From Propionibacterium ruminifibrarum (GTDB lineage Bacteria; Actinomycetota; Actinomycetes; Propionibacteriales; Propionibacteriaceae): 32,000 nt of DNA. The position numbers were made by a program, and so were the translations under genes. Each line of letters opens with the position of its first letter. Positions within the stretch are counted from its first letter, which is position 1. The notes beneath the pieces are model-generated. The model saw only the letters and a program-made list of their open reading frames with translations, had not been told where the DNA came from and made no database searches. This document shows, in pieces, positions 1 to 7,933 of this stretch. The stretch lies in assembly GCF_900289195.1 (NCBI RefSeq), contig NZ_OMOH01000001.1:358706-390705 (forward strand), read 5' to 3'.

Positions 1-486
1 ACCGTGACCCAGGAGTTCGCCGATGAATGGGATCTGACCACGATCGGCGACCTCACCAAGGTCACCACCCCGCTCACGCTCGGCGCCAACTCCGAGGGGG
101 AGCACCGCCCCTACGGCCCCGAAGGGCTGGCCACGACCTACGGCGTGGAGGTCGCCTTCACCCCCATCGAGGACGATGGCGGCCCGCTGACCGTCAAGGC
201 GCTCAAGGACGGCGACATCCAGCTCGCCATCATCTACACGGCCGACCCCTCCATCGCCGAGAACGGGCTCGTCTCCCTGGAGGACCCCAAGGGCCTGTTC
301 ATCGCCTCCCACGTCGTGCCGCTCGTCAGCGACAACGTGGACGACGCGGCCGCCGCGATCATCAACAAGATCAGCGCCGCGATGAACCCCGAGGACCTCA
401 TCGCCCTCAATGCCCGCAGCGTGAAGGAGGAGCTCCCAGCCGCCACCATCGCCTCGGACTGGCTCGCGCAGCAGAACCTCGGCTGA
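1..486 (+). CDS. Glycine betaine/osmoprotectant ABC transporter substrate-binding protein, C-terminal part (5' end outside window)
   Basis: Frame open from window edge to TGA at 484-486. KALKDGDIQLAIIYTADPSI...LEDPKGLFIASHVVPLV is typical of the C-terminal lobe of OpuAC/ProX-type binding proteins. Confidence 0.75.
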   Translation, partial: TVTQEFADEWDLTTIGDLTKVTTPLTLGANSEGEHRPYGPEGLATTYGVEVAFTPIEDDGGPLTVKALKDGDIQLAIIYTADPSIAENGLVSLEDPKGLFIASHVVPLVSDNVDDAAAAIINKISAAMNPEDLIALNARSVKEELPAATIASDWLAQQNLG

Positions 487-671
487 GCAAGCGCGACAGC
501 GGCGCGGGGCGCCGGCGCCGGACGCCCCCGCCCCGACGTCCCGGCGAATGCAACGCCTTGATACCGCACGCCCCGGGCGAGGGGTTCGAGGGCCACGCCC
601 AGAGCACCGCTCCGGGCCGCCCGAGGGCACGGGGGTGGATTGGCGAACCATCGCTACAATCGCTTGGGCGA

Positions 672-745
672 GGGCGCATAGCTCAGTTGGTCAGAGCGCA
701 TCCCTTACAAGGATGATGTCGTCGGTTCGAGTCCGTCTGCGCCCA
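672..745 (+). tRNA. tRNA-Val (anticodon UAC)
   Basis: Cloverleaf read by eye: acceptor GGGCGCA/TGCGCCC; D-stem GCTC/GAGC; anticodon stem CATCC/GGATG with loop CTTACAA (anticodon TAC). T-arm GTCGG-TTCGAGT-CCGTC has one U-U mismatch; discriminator A; CCA not fully encoded. Confidence 0.9.
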
Positions 746-987
746 CCGGCTTGTCGGGAGCACATCGGTGCTTGTCAGAGCCCAGTCGATAGTCTCTCCG
801 CGGGGTAGCGGATCGGATCGGACCGGAGGGACGGGAGTTCCGGTCTGTACCCGGTACGGCCAGGGCCGGGGCGCCGCAACCGGTGCCGCGCGGAAAACAG
901 GGTCACCCAGCTGGAGCGGCCCGGGAGGTTCTCGGCGGGTCCGCCCTTCGACGGCTCACGGCGCTTCGACGGGTGAGAACACGGCAA

Positions 988-1017
988 GTGGCCCCGTCGA
1001 TCACTCGACGGGGCCAC
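988..1017 (-). terminator. Putative intrinsic terminator of hsp20 (perfect 13-bp stem, 4-nt loop)
   Basis: GTGGCCCCGTCGA-TCAC-TCGACGGGGCCAC lies 58 nt downstream of the hsp20 stop. On the minus strand it is followed by TTGCCGTGTTCTC. It could also stop read-through from tRNA-Val. Confidence 0.55.
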
Positions 1018-1074
1018 CCATTCATCACCTCACACCGGCGGGATTCCCGCCGGGTGGTCCTTCACCCCTGCTGC

Positions 1075-1524
1075 TCAGGCCTGGTCGGAGCCCTCGACCT
1101 CAGCCGGTGCGTCCACGCCGCTGATGGCGATCTTGCGCGGCTTGGCCTCCTCGGCCACCGGGATCGTCAGCGTCAGCACGCCATCGGCGTAGTCGGCGTT
1201 GACATTGGACAGGTCGAGACCGCCGCCGAGAGTCAGCTGACGAGCGAAGCTGCCTGTCGTGCGCTCACGGCTCACCCAGCGGTTCTTCTCCCCGGACTCG
1301 ATCTCGACCGGCTTGCGCTCAGCGGTGACGGTCAGGGTGCGGTCGTCGATACCGACCTCGATGGTGCTCGGATCGACGCCGGGCAGATCCAGCTTCGCGA
1401 TGAAGTTGTCGCCCTCACGGTAGAGGTCCATCGGCATCAGTCGTGCGTCGCGCGCCACAGTCCTGGCGGCCTGCTCGAAGAAACGATCCAGCTCGTGGAA
1501 GGGGTTGTACAACATGGTGCTCAT
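1075..1524 (-). CDS. Small heat-shock protein, Hsp20/alpha-crystallin family
   Basis: 149 aa. Alpha-crystallin domain pattern (DLYREGDNFIAKLDLPGVDPSTIEVGIDDRTLTVTAER...SFARQLTLG...ADYADGVLTLTIPV). AAGGA about 10 nt upstream of the ATG. HspR operators upstream. Confidence 0.92.
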   Translation of the reverse strand: MSTMLYNPFHELDRFFEQAARTVARDARLMPMDLYREGDNFIAKLDLPGVDPSTIEVGIDDRTLTVTAERKPVEIESGEKNRWVSRERTTGSFARQLTLGGGLDLSNVNADYADGVLTLTIPVAEEAKPRKIAISGVDAPAEVEGSDQA

Positions 1525-1610
1525 TGTGCGCCGTCCTTAGTGAGTCCTCACGGCCCGGGAGTCTCCCGGGCCGACACGTTTCGCGCGATCACCCGAATCA
1601 TCGCGTTCAC

Positions 1611-1631
1611 CTTGAGTAACCTTGACTCAAC
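1611..1631. promoter_or_regulatory. HAIR (HspR-associated inverted repeat) operator 1
   Basis: CTTGAGT-AACCTTG-ACTCAAC versus published consensus CTTGAGT-N7-ACTCAAG (13/14 arm positions). 87 nt upstream of the hsp20 ATG. Confidence 0.8.
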
Positions 1632-1645
1632 TTAGATTATTCCAC

Positions 1646-1666
1646 CTTGAGTCGCATCCACTCAAC
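1646..1666. promoter_or_regulatory. HAIR operator 2
   Basis: CTTGAGT-CGCATCC-ACTCAAC, 13/14 arm match. 35 bp centre-to-centre from operator 1. A TANNNT -10-like hexamer (TAATCT on the minus strand, 1639-1634) lies between the two operators. Confidence 0.8.
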
Positions 1667-1770
1667 TTTTTTCCGGAGTCATTCTGTGACGCCCTGGGCA
1701 CAGCAGAGGGGCCCTCCAGGACCCGTGGCCTTGGAGGACCCCTCGACGTGCGTGGCGTGTATCCGGCGAC

Positions 1771-2199
1771 TCAGGAACGATGCGCGGTGTGGGAGTGGAC
1801 GATGCGACATGCCTGCCAGTCGGGTGAGACCTCGACGACACCTGTCGCGGTGAGTCCGGCGACCGAGGCGCCTTCCGAGATGTCGATGGGCTTGACGTAC
1901 CCGGGCCGGCCGATCTTGGGGGTGAGCAGCCAGATGTAACCCGTATCGGACAGGTCGCGCAACGCATCGACCAGGGCGTCGGCTACGTCGGTGTCGTCAC
2001 GCTGCCACAGGATCACCGCGTCGACGGCCTCGACCGCGTCCTCAATCAGATCTGCGTCGATCTCGTCCATGATGTCGGCGCGCAGATCCTCGTCGACATC
2101 ATCGTCCCAGCCCAGCTCCTGCACGATCATGCCGGGATGCAACTTGAGTAGTTCGGCTCCCCCCATCGAGGTGGATGACTTGTCAGTACTGCCTGCCAT
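1771..2199 (-). CDS. Conserved actinobacterial acidic protein, DUF3052-like (Rv2239c-like, aceE-linked)
   Basis: 142 aa. ...GMIVQELGWDDDVDEDLRADI...DAVILWQRDDTDVADALVDALRDLSDTGYIWLLTPK... matches my recollection of the DUF3052 family that sits beside aceE in mycobacteria. Family name is from memory, not searched. Confidence 0.65.
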   Translation of the reverse strand: MAGSTDKSSTSMGGAELLKLHPGMIVQELGWDDDVDEDLRADIMDEIDADLIEDAVEAVDAVILWQRDDTDVADALVDALRDLSDTGYIWLLTPKIGRPGYVKPIDISEGASVAGLTATGVVEVSPDWQACRIVHSHTAHRS

Positions 2200-2261
2200 G
2201 GCACTACTTCACCACATGAGGCCCTCTCAGCGCTCACCGGGACGCGATCTTGTGAGCACCA

Positions 2262-2318
2262 GGGCCCCTCGCCCCGGGGCGGCTGCCACAGGCGGTCCGC
2301 CCCCGGGACGAGGGGCCC
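2262..2318 (-). terminator. Long GC-rich hairpin directly downstream of aceE stop
   Basis: Outer arms GGGCCCCTCG / CGAGGGGCCC are perfect. Inner arms CCCCGGGGCGG / CCGCCCCCGGG are near-perfect. Starts 7 nt after the aceE stop codon (2325-2327). No clear U-tract. Confidence 0.45.
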
Positions 2319-2324
2319 GCCAGG

Positions 2325-5078
2325 TCAGTCCTCCTCGCCGGGGACGACGGCAGCGGCCGAGACGTCCAGCAGTCCGTACTTCTCGGCGGCCTGCTGGGCC
2401 CACTCACCGGGCGCCTCGCCGCGGCGGGCGAGGGCCTGCAGGGTGGCCACCACCATGGACACGGCATCGATGTGCAGCGTGCGCCGTGCAGCCGGACGCG
2501 TGTCGGAGAAGCCGAAGCCGTCGGCCCCGAGCACGACGTAGTCGGTGGGCACCCACTCGCGGATCTGGTCCTGGACGGCCTTCATGTAGTCGCTCGTGGC
2601 GACCACCGGGCCGGGGCGGTCGGACAGTTTCCGGGTGACGAACGGAACACGCTGCTCAAGCTCCGGATGCAGGAAGGCCTGCTCGTTGCACTCCAGGCCG
2701 TCACGGCGCAGTTCGCCCCAGCTGGTGACGCTCCACACGTCGGCGATGACGCCCCAGTCGTTCTTCAGCATCTCCTGCGCCTGCAGGGCCCACGGGACGC
2801 CGGGGCCGGAGGCGAGCAGCTGGGCGCGCGGCGCGGCCGGGTCGGCGCCCTCCGTCACGCCCTGGCGGAGCAGGTACATGCCCTTGAGAATGCCCTCGAC
2901 GTCGACGTCCTCGGGTTCGGCCGGCTGCTCCATCGGCTCGTTGTAGGTCGTGATGTAGTAGGCGATGTCCTCGGGATCGTCACCGTACATGCGTCGCAGG
3001 CCGTCCTCGACGATGTGGGCGAGCTCGTAGCCGTAGCAGGGGTCGTAGCTGACCAGCGCCGTGTTGGTGCTGACCAGGATCGGCGAGTGGCCGTCCATGT
3101 GCTGGGTGCCCTCGCCGGTCAGGGTGGTGCGGCCGGCGGTCGCGGCGATGTAGAAACCGCGCCCCAGCTGGTCCGCGGCGGCCCACATGGCGTCGCCCGT
3201 GCGCTGGGCGCCGAACATCGAGTAGAAGAGGTACACCGGCACCATCGGCTGGCCGTGCGTGGCGTAGCTGGTGGCGGCGGCGGTCCATGCCGCCACCGAT
3301 CCGGCCTCGTTGATGCCGGTGTGCAGCAGCTGGCCGTTGACCGCCTCGCGGTAGCTCAGCATGAGGTCGTGGTCGACCGGCGTGTAGTTCTGCCCATTCG
3401 GGTTGTAGATCTTGCTCGTGGGGAAGAACGAGTCCATGCCGAAGGTGCGGGCCTCATCGGGCAGGATCGGCACGACGAACGGGCCGAAGTCCCGCTCCCT
3501 CATGAGGTCCTTGAGAATGCGCACGAAGGCCATCGTCGAGGCGATCTTCTGATGGCCCGACCCCTTCTTGATCGACTTGTAGGCCTTCTCCCCCGGCAGG
3601 GCGAGCTTCTTGCCGTCGGTTCGGCGTTCGGGCAGGAAACCGCCGAGCGCCCGGCGGTGCTCGAACATGTACGTCATGGCCGGGGAGTCGTCGGGCTCCT
3701 TGAAGTACGGCGGCTGGTAGGGATCGGCCTCGAGCTGGGCGTCGCTGATCGGGATGTTGCACCGGTCGCGAAGCGCCTTGAGGTCGTCCAGCGCCATCTT
3801 CTTCATCTGGTGGGTCGCGTTGCGCCCCGCGAAGTGCGTGCCCAGCGCGTAGCCCTTGATGGTGTGGACGAGGATGACCGTCGGGGCGCCGTTGAACTCC
3901 ATGGCCGCCTTGTAGGCGTTGTAGATCTTCTTGTAGTCGTGGCCGCCGCGCCGCAGCGCCCAGATGTCGTCGTCGCTCCAGTCCTCGACCATGGCCGCGG
4001 TACGGGGGTCCTTGCCGAAGAAGTGCTCGCGCACCCAGGCCCCGTCGTTCGCCTTCATGGTCTGGTAGTCGCCGTCATTGGTGACGTTCATGAGGTTGAC
4101 GAGGGCGCCCTCGGTGTCCGCCTTGAGCAGCGGGTCCCAGTTCTCGCCCCAGATGACCTTGATGACGTTCCAGCCGGCGCCGCGGAAGAACGCCTCGAGT
4201 TCCTGGATGATCTTGCCGTTGCCGCGGACCGGGCCGTCCAGGCGCTGCAGGTTGCAGTTGACGACGAAGGTCAGGTTGTCCAGACCGTCATTCGCCGCGA
4301 GATGAAGAGCACCGCGCGACTCGACCTCGTCCATCTCGCCGTCGCCGAGGAAGGCCCAGACGTGCTGGCGGCTCGTGTCCTTGATACCGCGGTTCTCCAG
4401 GTAGCGGTTGAACTGGGCCTGGTAGATCGCATTGATCGGGCCGAGCCCCATCGAGACGGTCGGGAACTCCCAGAAGTCGGGCATGCGACGCGGGTGCGGA
4501 TAGCTCGGCAGGCCGCGGCCGCCCCGGGGACGGGAGTACTCCTGACGGAACCCGTCGAGGTCGGCCTCGGTAAGACGGCCCTCCAGGTAGGCGCGCGCGT
4601 ACATGCCCGGGCTGGCGTGCCCCTGGAAGAAGATCTGGTCGCCGCGGTCCTCGGAATTCTTTCCGCGCCAGAAGTGGTTCATGCCCACCTCGTAGAGCAG
4701 CACGGCACTGGCATAGGTGGAGATGTGGCCGCCGACCCCGATGCCTGGGCGCTGCTGGCGGTGCACGGTGACCGCGGCGTTCCAGCGGAGCATGTGGCGG
4801 ATCCGCCGCTCGAGCTTCTCGTCACCGGGGTAGGGCGACTCCAGTTCGGCGGGGATCGTGTTGACGTAGTCGGTGGAGACCAGTGAGGGCAGGCCGATGT
4901 AGCGTTCGCGGGCCCGCTGGTTGAGCCGGAGCATCACATAGCGCGCCCGGTTCTGGCCGTCCGCGTCGATCATCGCGTCGAGGGAGTCGACCCACTCGTG
5001 GGTCTCCTCCGGATCGGTATCGGGCAGATTCGTGGGCAGACCATTGAAGATGGGGCCACGTTCCTGGCGAGGAATCAC
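2325..5078 (-). CDS. aceE: Pyruvate dehydrogenase E1 component, homodimeric type
   Basis: 917 aa. N-terminus [24 protein letters not shown] and the length are typical of AceE. GTG start at 5078 is preceded by AAAGGA 8 nt upstream. Confidence 0.95.
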   Translation of the reverse strand: MIPRQERGPIFNGLPTNLPDTDPEETHEWVDSLDAMIDADGQNRARYVMLRLNQRARERYIGLPSLVSTDYVNTIPAELESPYPGDEKLERRIRHMLRWNAAVTVHRQQRPGIGVGGHISTYASAVLLYEVGMNHFWRGKNSEDRGDQIFFQGHASPGMYARAYLEGRLTEADLDGFRQEYSRPRGGRGLPSYPHPRRMPDFWEFPTVSMGLGPINAIYQAQFNRYLENRGIKDTSRQHVWAFLGDGEMDEVESRGALHLAANDGLDNLTFVVNCNLQRLDGPVRGNGKIIQELEAFFRGAGWNVIKVIWGENWDPLLKADTEGALVNLMNVTNDGDYQTMKANDGAWVREHFFGKDPRTAAMVEDWSDDDIWALRRGGHDYKKIYNAYKAAMEFNGAPTVILVHTIKGYALGTHFAGRNATHQMKKMALDDLKALRDRCNIPISDAQLEADPYQPPYFKEPDDSPAMTYMFEHRRALGGFLPERRTDGKKLALPGEKAYKSIKKGSGHQKIASTMAFVRILKDLMRERDFGPFVVPILPDEARTFGMDSFFPTSKIYNPNGQNYTPVDHDLMLSYREAVNGQLLHTGINEAGSVAAWTAAATSYATHGQPMVPVYLFYSMFGAQRTGDAMWAAADQLGRGFYIAATAGRTTLTGEGTQHMDGHSPILVSTNTALVSYDPCYGYELAHIVEDGLRRMYGDDPEDIAYYITTYNEPMEQPAEPEDVDVEGILKGMYLLRQGVTEGADPAAPRAQLLASGPGVPWALQAQEMLKNDWGVIADVWSVTSWGELRRDGLECNEQAFLHPELEQRVPFVTRKLSDRPGPVVATSDYMKAVQDQIREWVPTDYVVLGADGFGFSDTRPAARRTLHIDAVSMVVATLQALARRGEAPGEWAQQAAEKYGLLDVSAAAVVPGEED

Positions 5079-5446
5079 GCTGTCGTCCTTTCACCTCAGC
5101 TGTTCGACGGCGAACGATGCCGACGGGTTGTCCCCATCTTCCAACCCGCAGGTGATCCCGCGTGCCAAAACGAAACCAGCCCTTAGCGTAATTGGCCCGA
5201 CCATCACCCGCCGCACCAGTGGGGCAGGCCCTGCGCCGGGCTGCGGGGCCCGTCACGAGCAGGCTACACGCCGTTCACCGGGCCTGGCACGCCCCGGGCC
5301 GTGGCACCGCGCGGATGGCTTGACCGGTGCGACCACCAGGTGACCAGTGGCCGACCGGTCGGAGGCTCATCTCATGGCGGGACAGCCCGTCAGGAACATC
5401 ATTCGGGGCTCACTAACATCCCGCGCGACAAGAAGGGAACACAGGC

Positions 5447-6649
5447 ATGTCCATCTTCGCCGAACTCGAACCGGCCCCGTACGACCCGATCTTTCACCTG
5501 ACCGATCTGTTCAAGCAGGACAACGATCCTCGCAAGGTGAACCTCGGGGTGGGCGTCTACCAGGACGACAACGGCAAGGTGCCGCTGCTCAAGTCCGTCG
5601 AGATCGTGCAGAAGCAGATGGCCGACGACCCCGACCCGTGGACCTACCTGCCGTTGAAGGGCTGGGAGCCCTTCAACGAGGCGGCCCAGAAACTGGTCTT
5701 CGGCGCCGACTCCGAGCCCGTGCTCTCGGGCCGCGTCGCCACCATCCAGTCGCTGTCCGGCACCGGCGCGCTCCTGCTGGGCGCTGATTTCTACCATCAC
5801 CAGGTCAACCGGGACGCGGGCATGATCGCCTCGGACCCGACCTGGTCGAACCATCACTCGTTGTTCCGCTACGCCGGCTACCAGACCGGCTCGTACCGCT
5901 ACTACGACGCGACCAGCCATGGCATTGACGTCGAGGGCATGTTGGCCGACATCCGGGCCGCCGAGCCCGGCACGGTCGTCCTGCTGCATGCCTGCTGCCA
6001 CAACCCGACCGGGTACGACCTGTCCCCCGATCAGTGGGGACCGCTCATCGACGTACTCGCCGACCGGCGGCTCATGCCCTTCGTCGACCTGGCCTACGAG
6101 GGCTTCTCCCGAGGACTCGAGGAGGACGCGGGTATGGCCCGGGCGTTCGCCGAGGCCGGCCTGAGTTTCTTCGTGGCTAGTTCCTTCAGCAAGAACATGG
6201 CCATGTACGGCGGCCGGACCGGGGCGATCCACGCGGTGTGCGCCGACGCCGACGAGGCGTTCCGGGTCAAGAACCACCTCGCCCGGACCGTCCGCAGCCT
6301 CTACTCGAACGCGCCCTTCCAGGGCGCCACGATCGCCGCGACGATCCTCAACGACCCACAGCTGCGCGCCACCTGGGAGGACGAGGTGACCACCATGCGC
6401 GAACGCATCGCCAGGATGCGCGTCCTCCTGCTCCGGGCCCTGGAGGCAGAGGGTGTCGACGACATGGGCTTCATCACCCGCCAGGCCGGCATGTTCAGCC
6501 TGTCCGGCCTGACCCGCCAGGAGATGATCCGTCTGCGCAAAGAGTTCCACGTCTACGGGCTCGACAGCGGGCGCCTGTGCATGGCGGCCCTGAACACGCG
6601 CAACGTCGAGTACGTCGCATCCGCGATCGCCGCAGTCCACAAACGCTGA
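5447..6649 (+). CDS. aspC: Aspartate/aromatic amino acid aminotransferase, class I subgroup Ia (AspC/TyrB-like)
   Basis: 400 aa. VNLGVGVYQDDNGK..., HACCHNPTGYD, PLP-lysine motif SSFSKNMAMYGGRTGA (compare E. coli SSYSKNFGLYNERVG). AGAAGGGA Shine-Dalgarno before the ATG. Confidence 0.88.
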   Translation: MSIFAELEPAPYDPIFHLTDLFKQDNDPRKVNLGVGVYQDDNGKVPLLKSVEIVQKQMADDPDPWTYLPLKGWEPFNEAAQKLVFGADSEPVLSGRVATIQSLSGTGALLLGADFYHHQVNRDAGMIASDPTWSNHHSLFRYAGYQTGSYRYYDATSHGIDVEGMLADIRAAEPGTVVLLHACCHNPTGYDLSPDQWGPLIDVLADRRLMPFVDLAYEGFSRGLEEDAGMARAFAEAGLSFFVASSFSKNMAMYGGRTGAIHAVCADADEAFRVKNHLARTVRSLYSNAPFQGATIAATILNDPQLRATWEDEVTTMRERIARMRVLLLRALEAEGVDDMGFITRQAGMFSLSGLTRQEMIRLRKEFHVYGLDSGRLCMAALNTRNVEYVASAIAAVHKR

Positions 6650-6657
6650 CGCGCCCC

Positions 6658-6705
6658 GGGACCGGCCCGCGGCCGGGCAACACAGTGCACTCGCGGGCCG
6701 GTCCC
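6658..6705 (+). terminator. Hairpin after aspC (14-bp perfect stem, 20-nt loop)
   Basis: GGGACCGGCCCGCG ... CGCGGGCCGGTCCC begins 9 nt after the aspC stop. No U-tract, and the large loop lowers confidence. Confidence 0.35.
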
Positions 6706-6792
6706 CCACGCGCCGATTAGGCTGGCGCCACTCGGGCACTTCTCCCGGAAGTTCCGGCCCCGAGGTGGAACCTTTACGAAAGGCACAACGCA

Positions 6793-7866
6793 ATGCAGCT
6801 GCGCAAGGACGCCCAGTGGAGCCTCGTCACCCCGACCAGCATGGGGGTACGCATCACCCCGGCCGCCGGCCAACCGGTGCAGGCGGCCGATCAGTTCGCG
6901 CTCCACGTGACGAGCGCCGAGACCAATGTCGGCTCGATCCCCAGTCACCTCGGTCAGCCGGTGAAGGTCCTCACGAATTTCGTCGAGGGCTCCCCCATCG
7001 CCCAGATCATCAAGGCCAACCTCGCCAGTCGCCACATGGCCTACGAGGGCCCGGACGTGCCGCAGGGCGGCGCCTGGGGCTACCGTCACCAGTTCAACAT
7101 CGCCGACTCGGGCTACGGCAACCGCGGGGCACGCGTCTGGAATGACCGCGCCGGCGAGGTCGGCCGCACGCTGGACGCCAAGGACTTCGATCTGGACCGC
7201 ATCTTCGGATCCGAGGGCGTCAAGATCGTCCACATGTCCGGCCTGATCGCCTCGCTGAGTCCCCAGACCTGCCAGTTCTGCCTCGAGATCGCCCGCACCG
7301 CCAAGAAGTACGGCACCGCCGTCAGCTTCGACCTGAACTACCGCGCCTCCTTCTGGGAGGGCCGCGAGGCGGAGCTGCGCGCGGCATTCACCGAGATCGC
7401 CGAACTGTGCACCGTGCTCGTCGGCAACGAGGAGGACTTCCAGCTGGCGCTCGGGCTGCAGGGCCCGGAGGCGGGCGGCAAGGGCCTGGCCGGGAAGATC
7501 GACGGTTTCAAGGCCATGATCGAACGGGCCCACGAGCGTTTCAGCGGCGTCGAGTACTTCACCACGACGTTGCGCGAGGTCGTCAACACCAACGAGCACA
7601 TGTGGGGCGCCATCGTGTGGAACGACGGCACCTTCCACGTCGCCGAGCCCCGCCCGATCGGCGTCCTCGACCGGATCGGCGGCGGCGACGCCACCGTCGG
7701 CGGCATTCTTCACGGCCTGCTCAGGGGCTGGGACGCCGAGAAGTGCATGCAGTTCGGCTGGGCGTCCGGCGCGCTGGCCACCACCTTCCTCACCGACTAC
7801 GCGGTCCCGGCCGATGAGGATCAGATCTGGGCCATCTGGAATGGCAACGCCCGCATCAAGCGCTGA
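6793..7866 (+). CDS. PfkB-family carbohydrate kinase (2-keto-3-deoxygluconate kinase-like), substrate unknown
   Basis: 357 aa. N-terminal SAETNVG (compare GGAExNVA of KdgK). FDLNYR and VLVGNEEDF blocks. C-terminal DRIGGGDATVGG (variant of the PfkB GAGD catalytic motif). GAAAGG Shine-Dalgarno. Confidence 0.75.
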   Translation: MQLRKDAQWSLVTPTSMGVRITPAAGQPVQAADQFALHVTSAETNVGSIPSHLGQPVKVLTNFVEGSPIAQIIKANLASRHMAYEGPDVPQGGAWGYRHQFNIADSGYGNRGARVWNDRAGEVGRTLDAKDFDLDRIFGSEGVKIVHMSGLIASLSPQTCQFCLEIARTAKKYGTAVSFDLNYRASFWEGREAELRAAFTEIAELCTVLVGNEEDFQLALGLQGPEAGGKGLAGKIDGFKAMIERAHERFSGVEYFTTTLREVVNTNEHMWGAIVWNDGTFHVAEPRPIGVLDRIGGGDATVGGILHGLLRGWDAEKCMQFGWASGALATTFLTDYAVPADEDQIWAIWNGNARIKR

Positions 7867-7933
7867 CGACGGCCCCGTCGAGTCACCCGGTCAGCGGCCC
7901 GCGGGGCACACCGCGGCGGCCGATCGGGACGGC

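Noticed and set aside
487-671. Overlapping ORFs (27-716 +, 407-679 -, 548-808 +) and GC-rich imperfect repeats between the betaine-binding protein gene and tRNA-Val.
   Set aside because: The translations are Arg/Pro/Gly-rich with no motifs, and one runs through the tRNA gene. The imperfect GGCGCGGGGCG...CGCCCCCGCC pairing is too weak to call a terminator.
1035-1053. Palindrome CCGGCGGGA-T-TCCCGCCGG, 22 nt after the hsp20 stop, as the terminator.
   Set aside because: It was not listed as a separate terminator feature. The loop would be minimal and no T-rich tract follows on the minus strand. The 988-1017 hairpin is the better candidate. It is mentioned under the 746-1074 finding.
672-2200. 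tRNA-Val as an integration site for a mobile element.
   Set aside because: No integrase, recombinase or phage-like gene follows. I saw no second copy of the tRNA 3' end. The neighbouring genes (hsp20, DUF3052, aceE) are core actinobacterial genes with the same composition.
2472-4886. 804-aa ORF on the plus strand opposite aceE. Similar very long antisense ORFs occur at 5399-6793(-), 7883-9874(-), 17796-19823(-), 19795-21264(+), 25052-26479(-), 26784-27977(+) and 29773-30723(-).
   Set aside because: These are shadow ORFs typical of high-GC DNA. Their translations are Arg/Gly/Ala/Pro/Val-rich low-complexity strings with no recognisable motifs. In every case the opposite strand encodes a protein with clear family signatures.
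7814-7933. N-terminal extensions in the ORF track for fasR (7814), fabH (9727), acpP (10920), hydrolase (14029), ABC permease (17272), VWA-2 (21531), moxR (24574) and FepD-like permease (29643).
   Set aside because: The extensions overlap the preceding gene or have non-protein-like composition. Internal starts with Shine-Dalgarno sequences or stop/start overlaps give products of canonical length.
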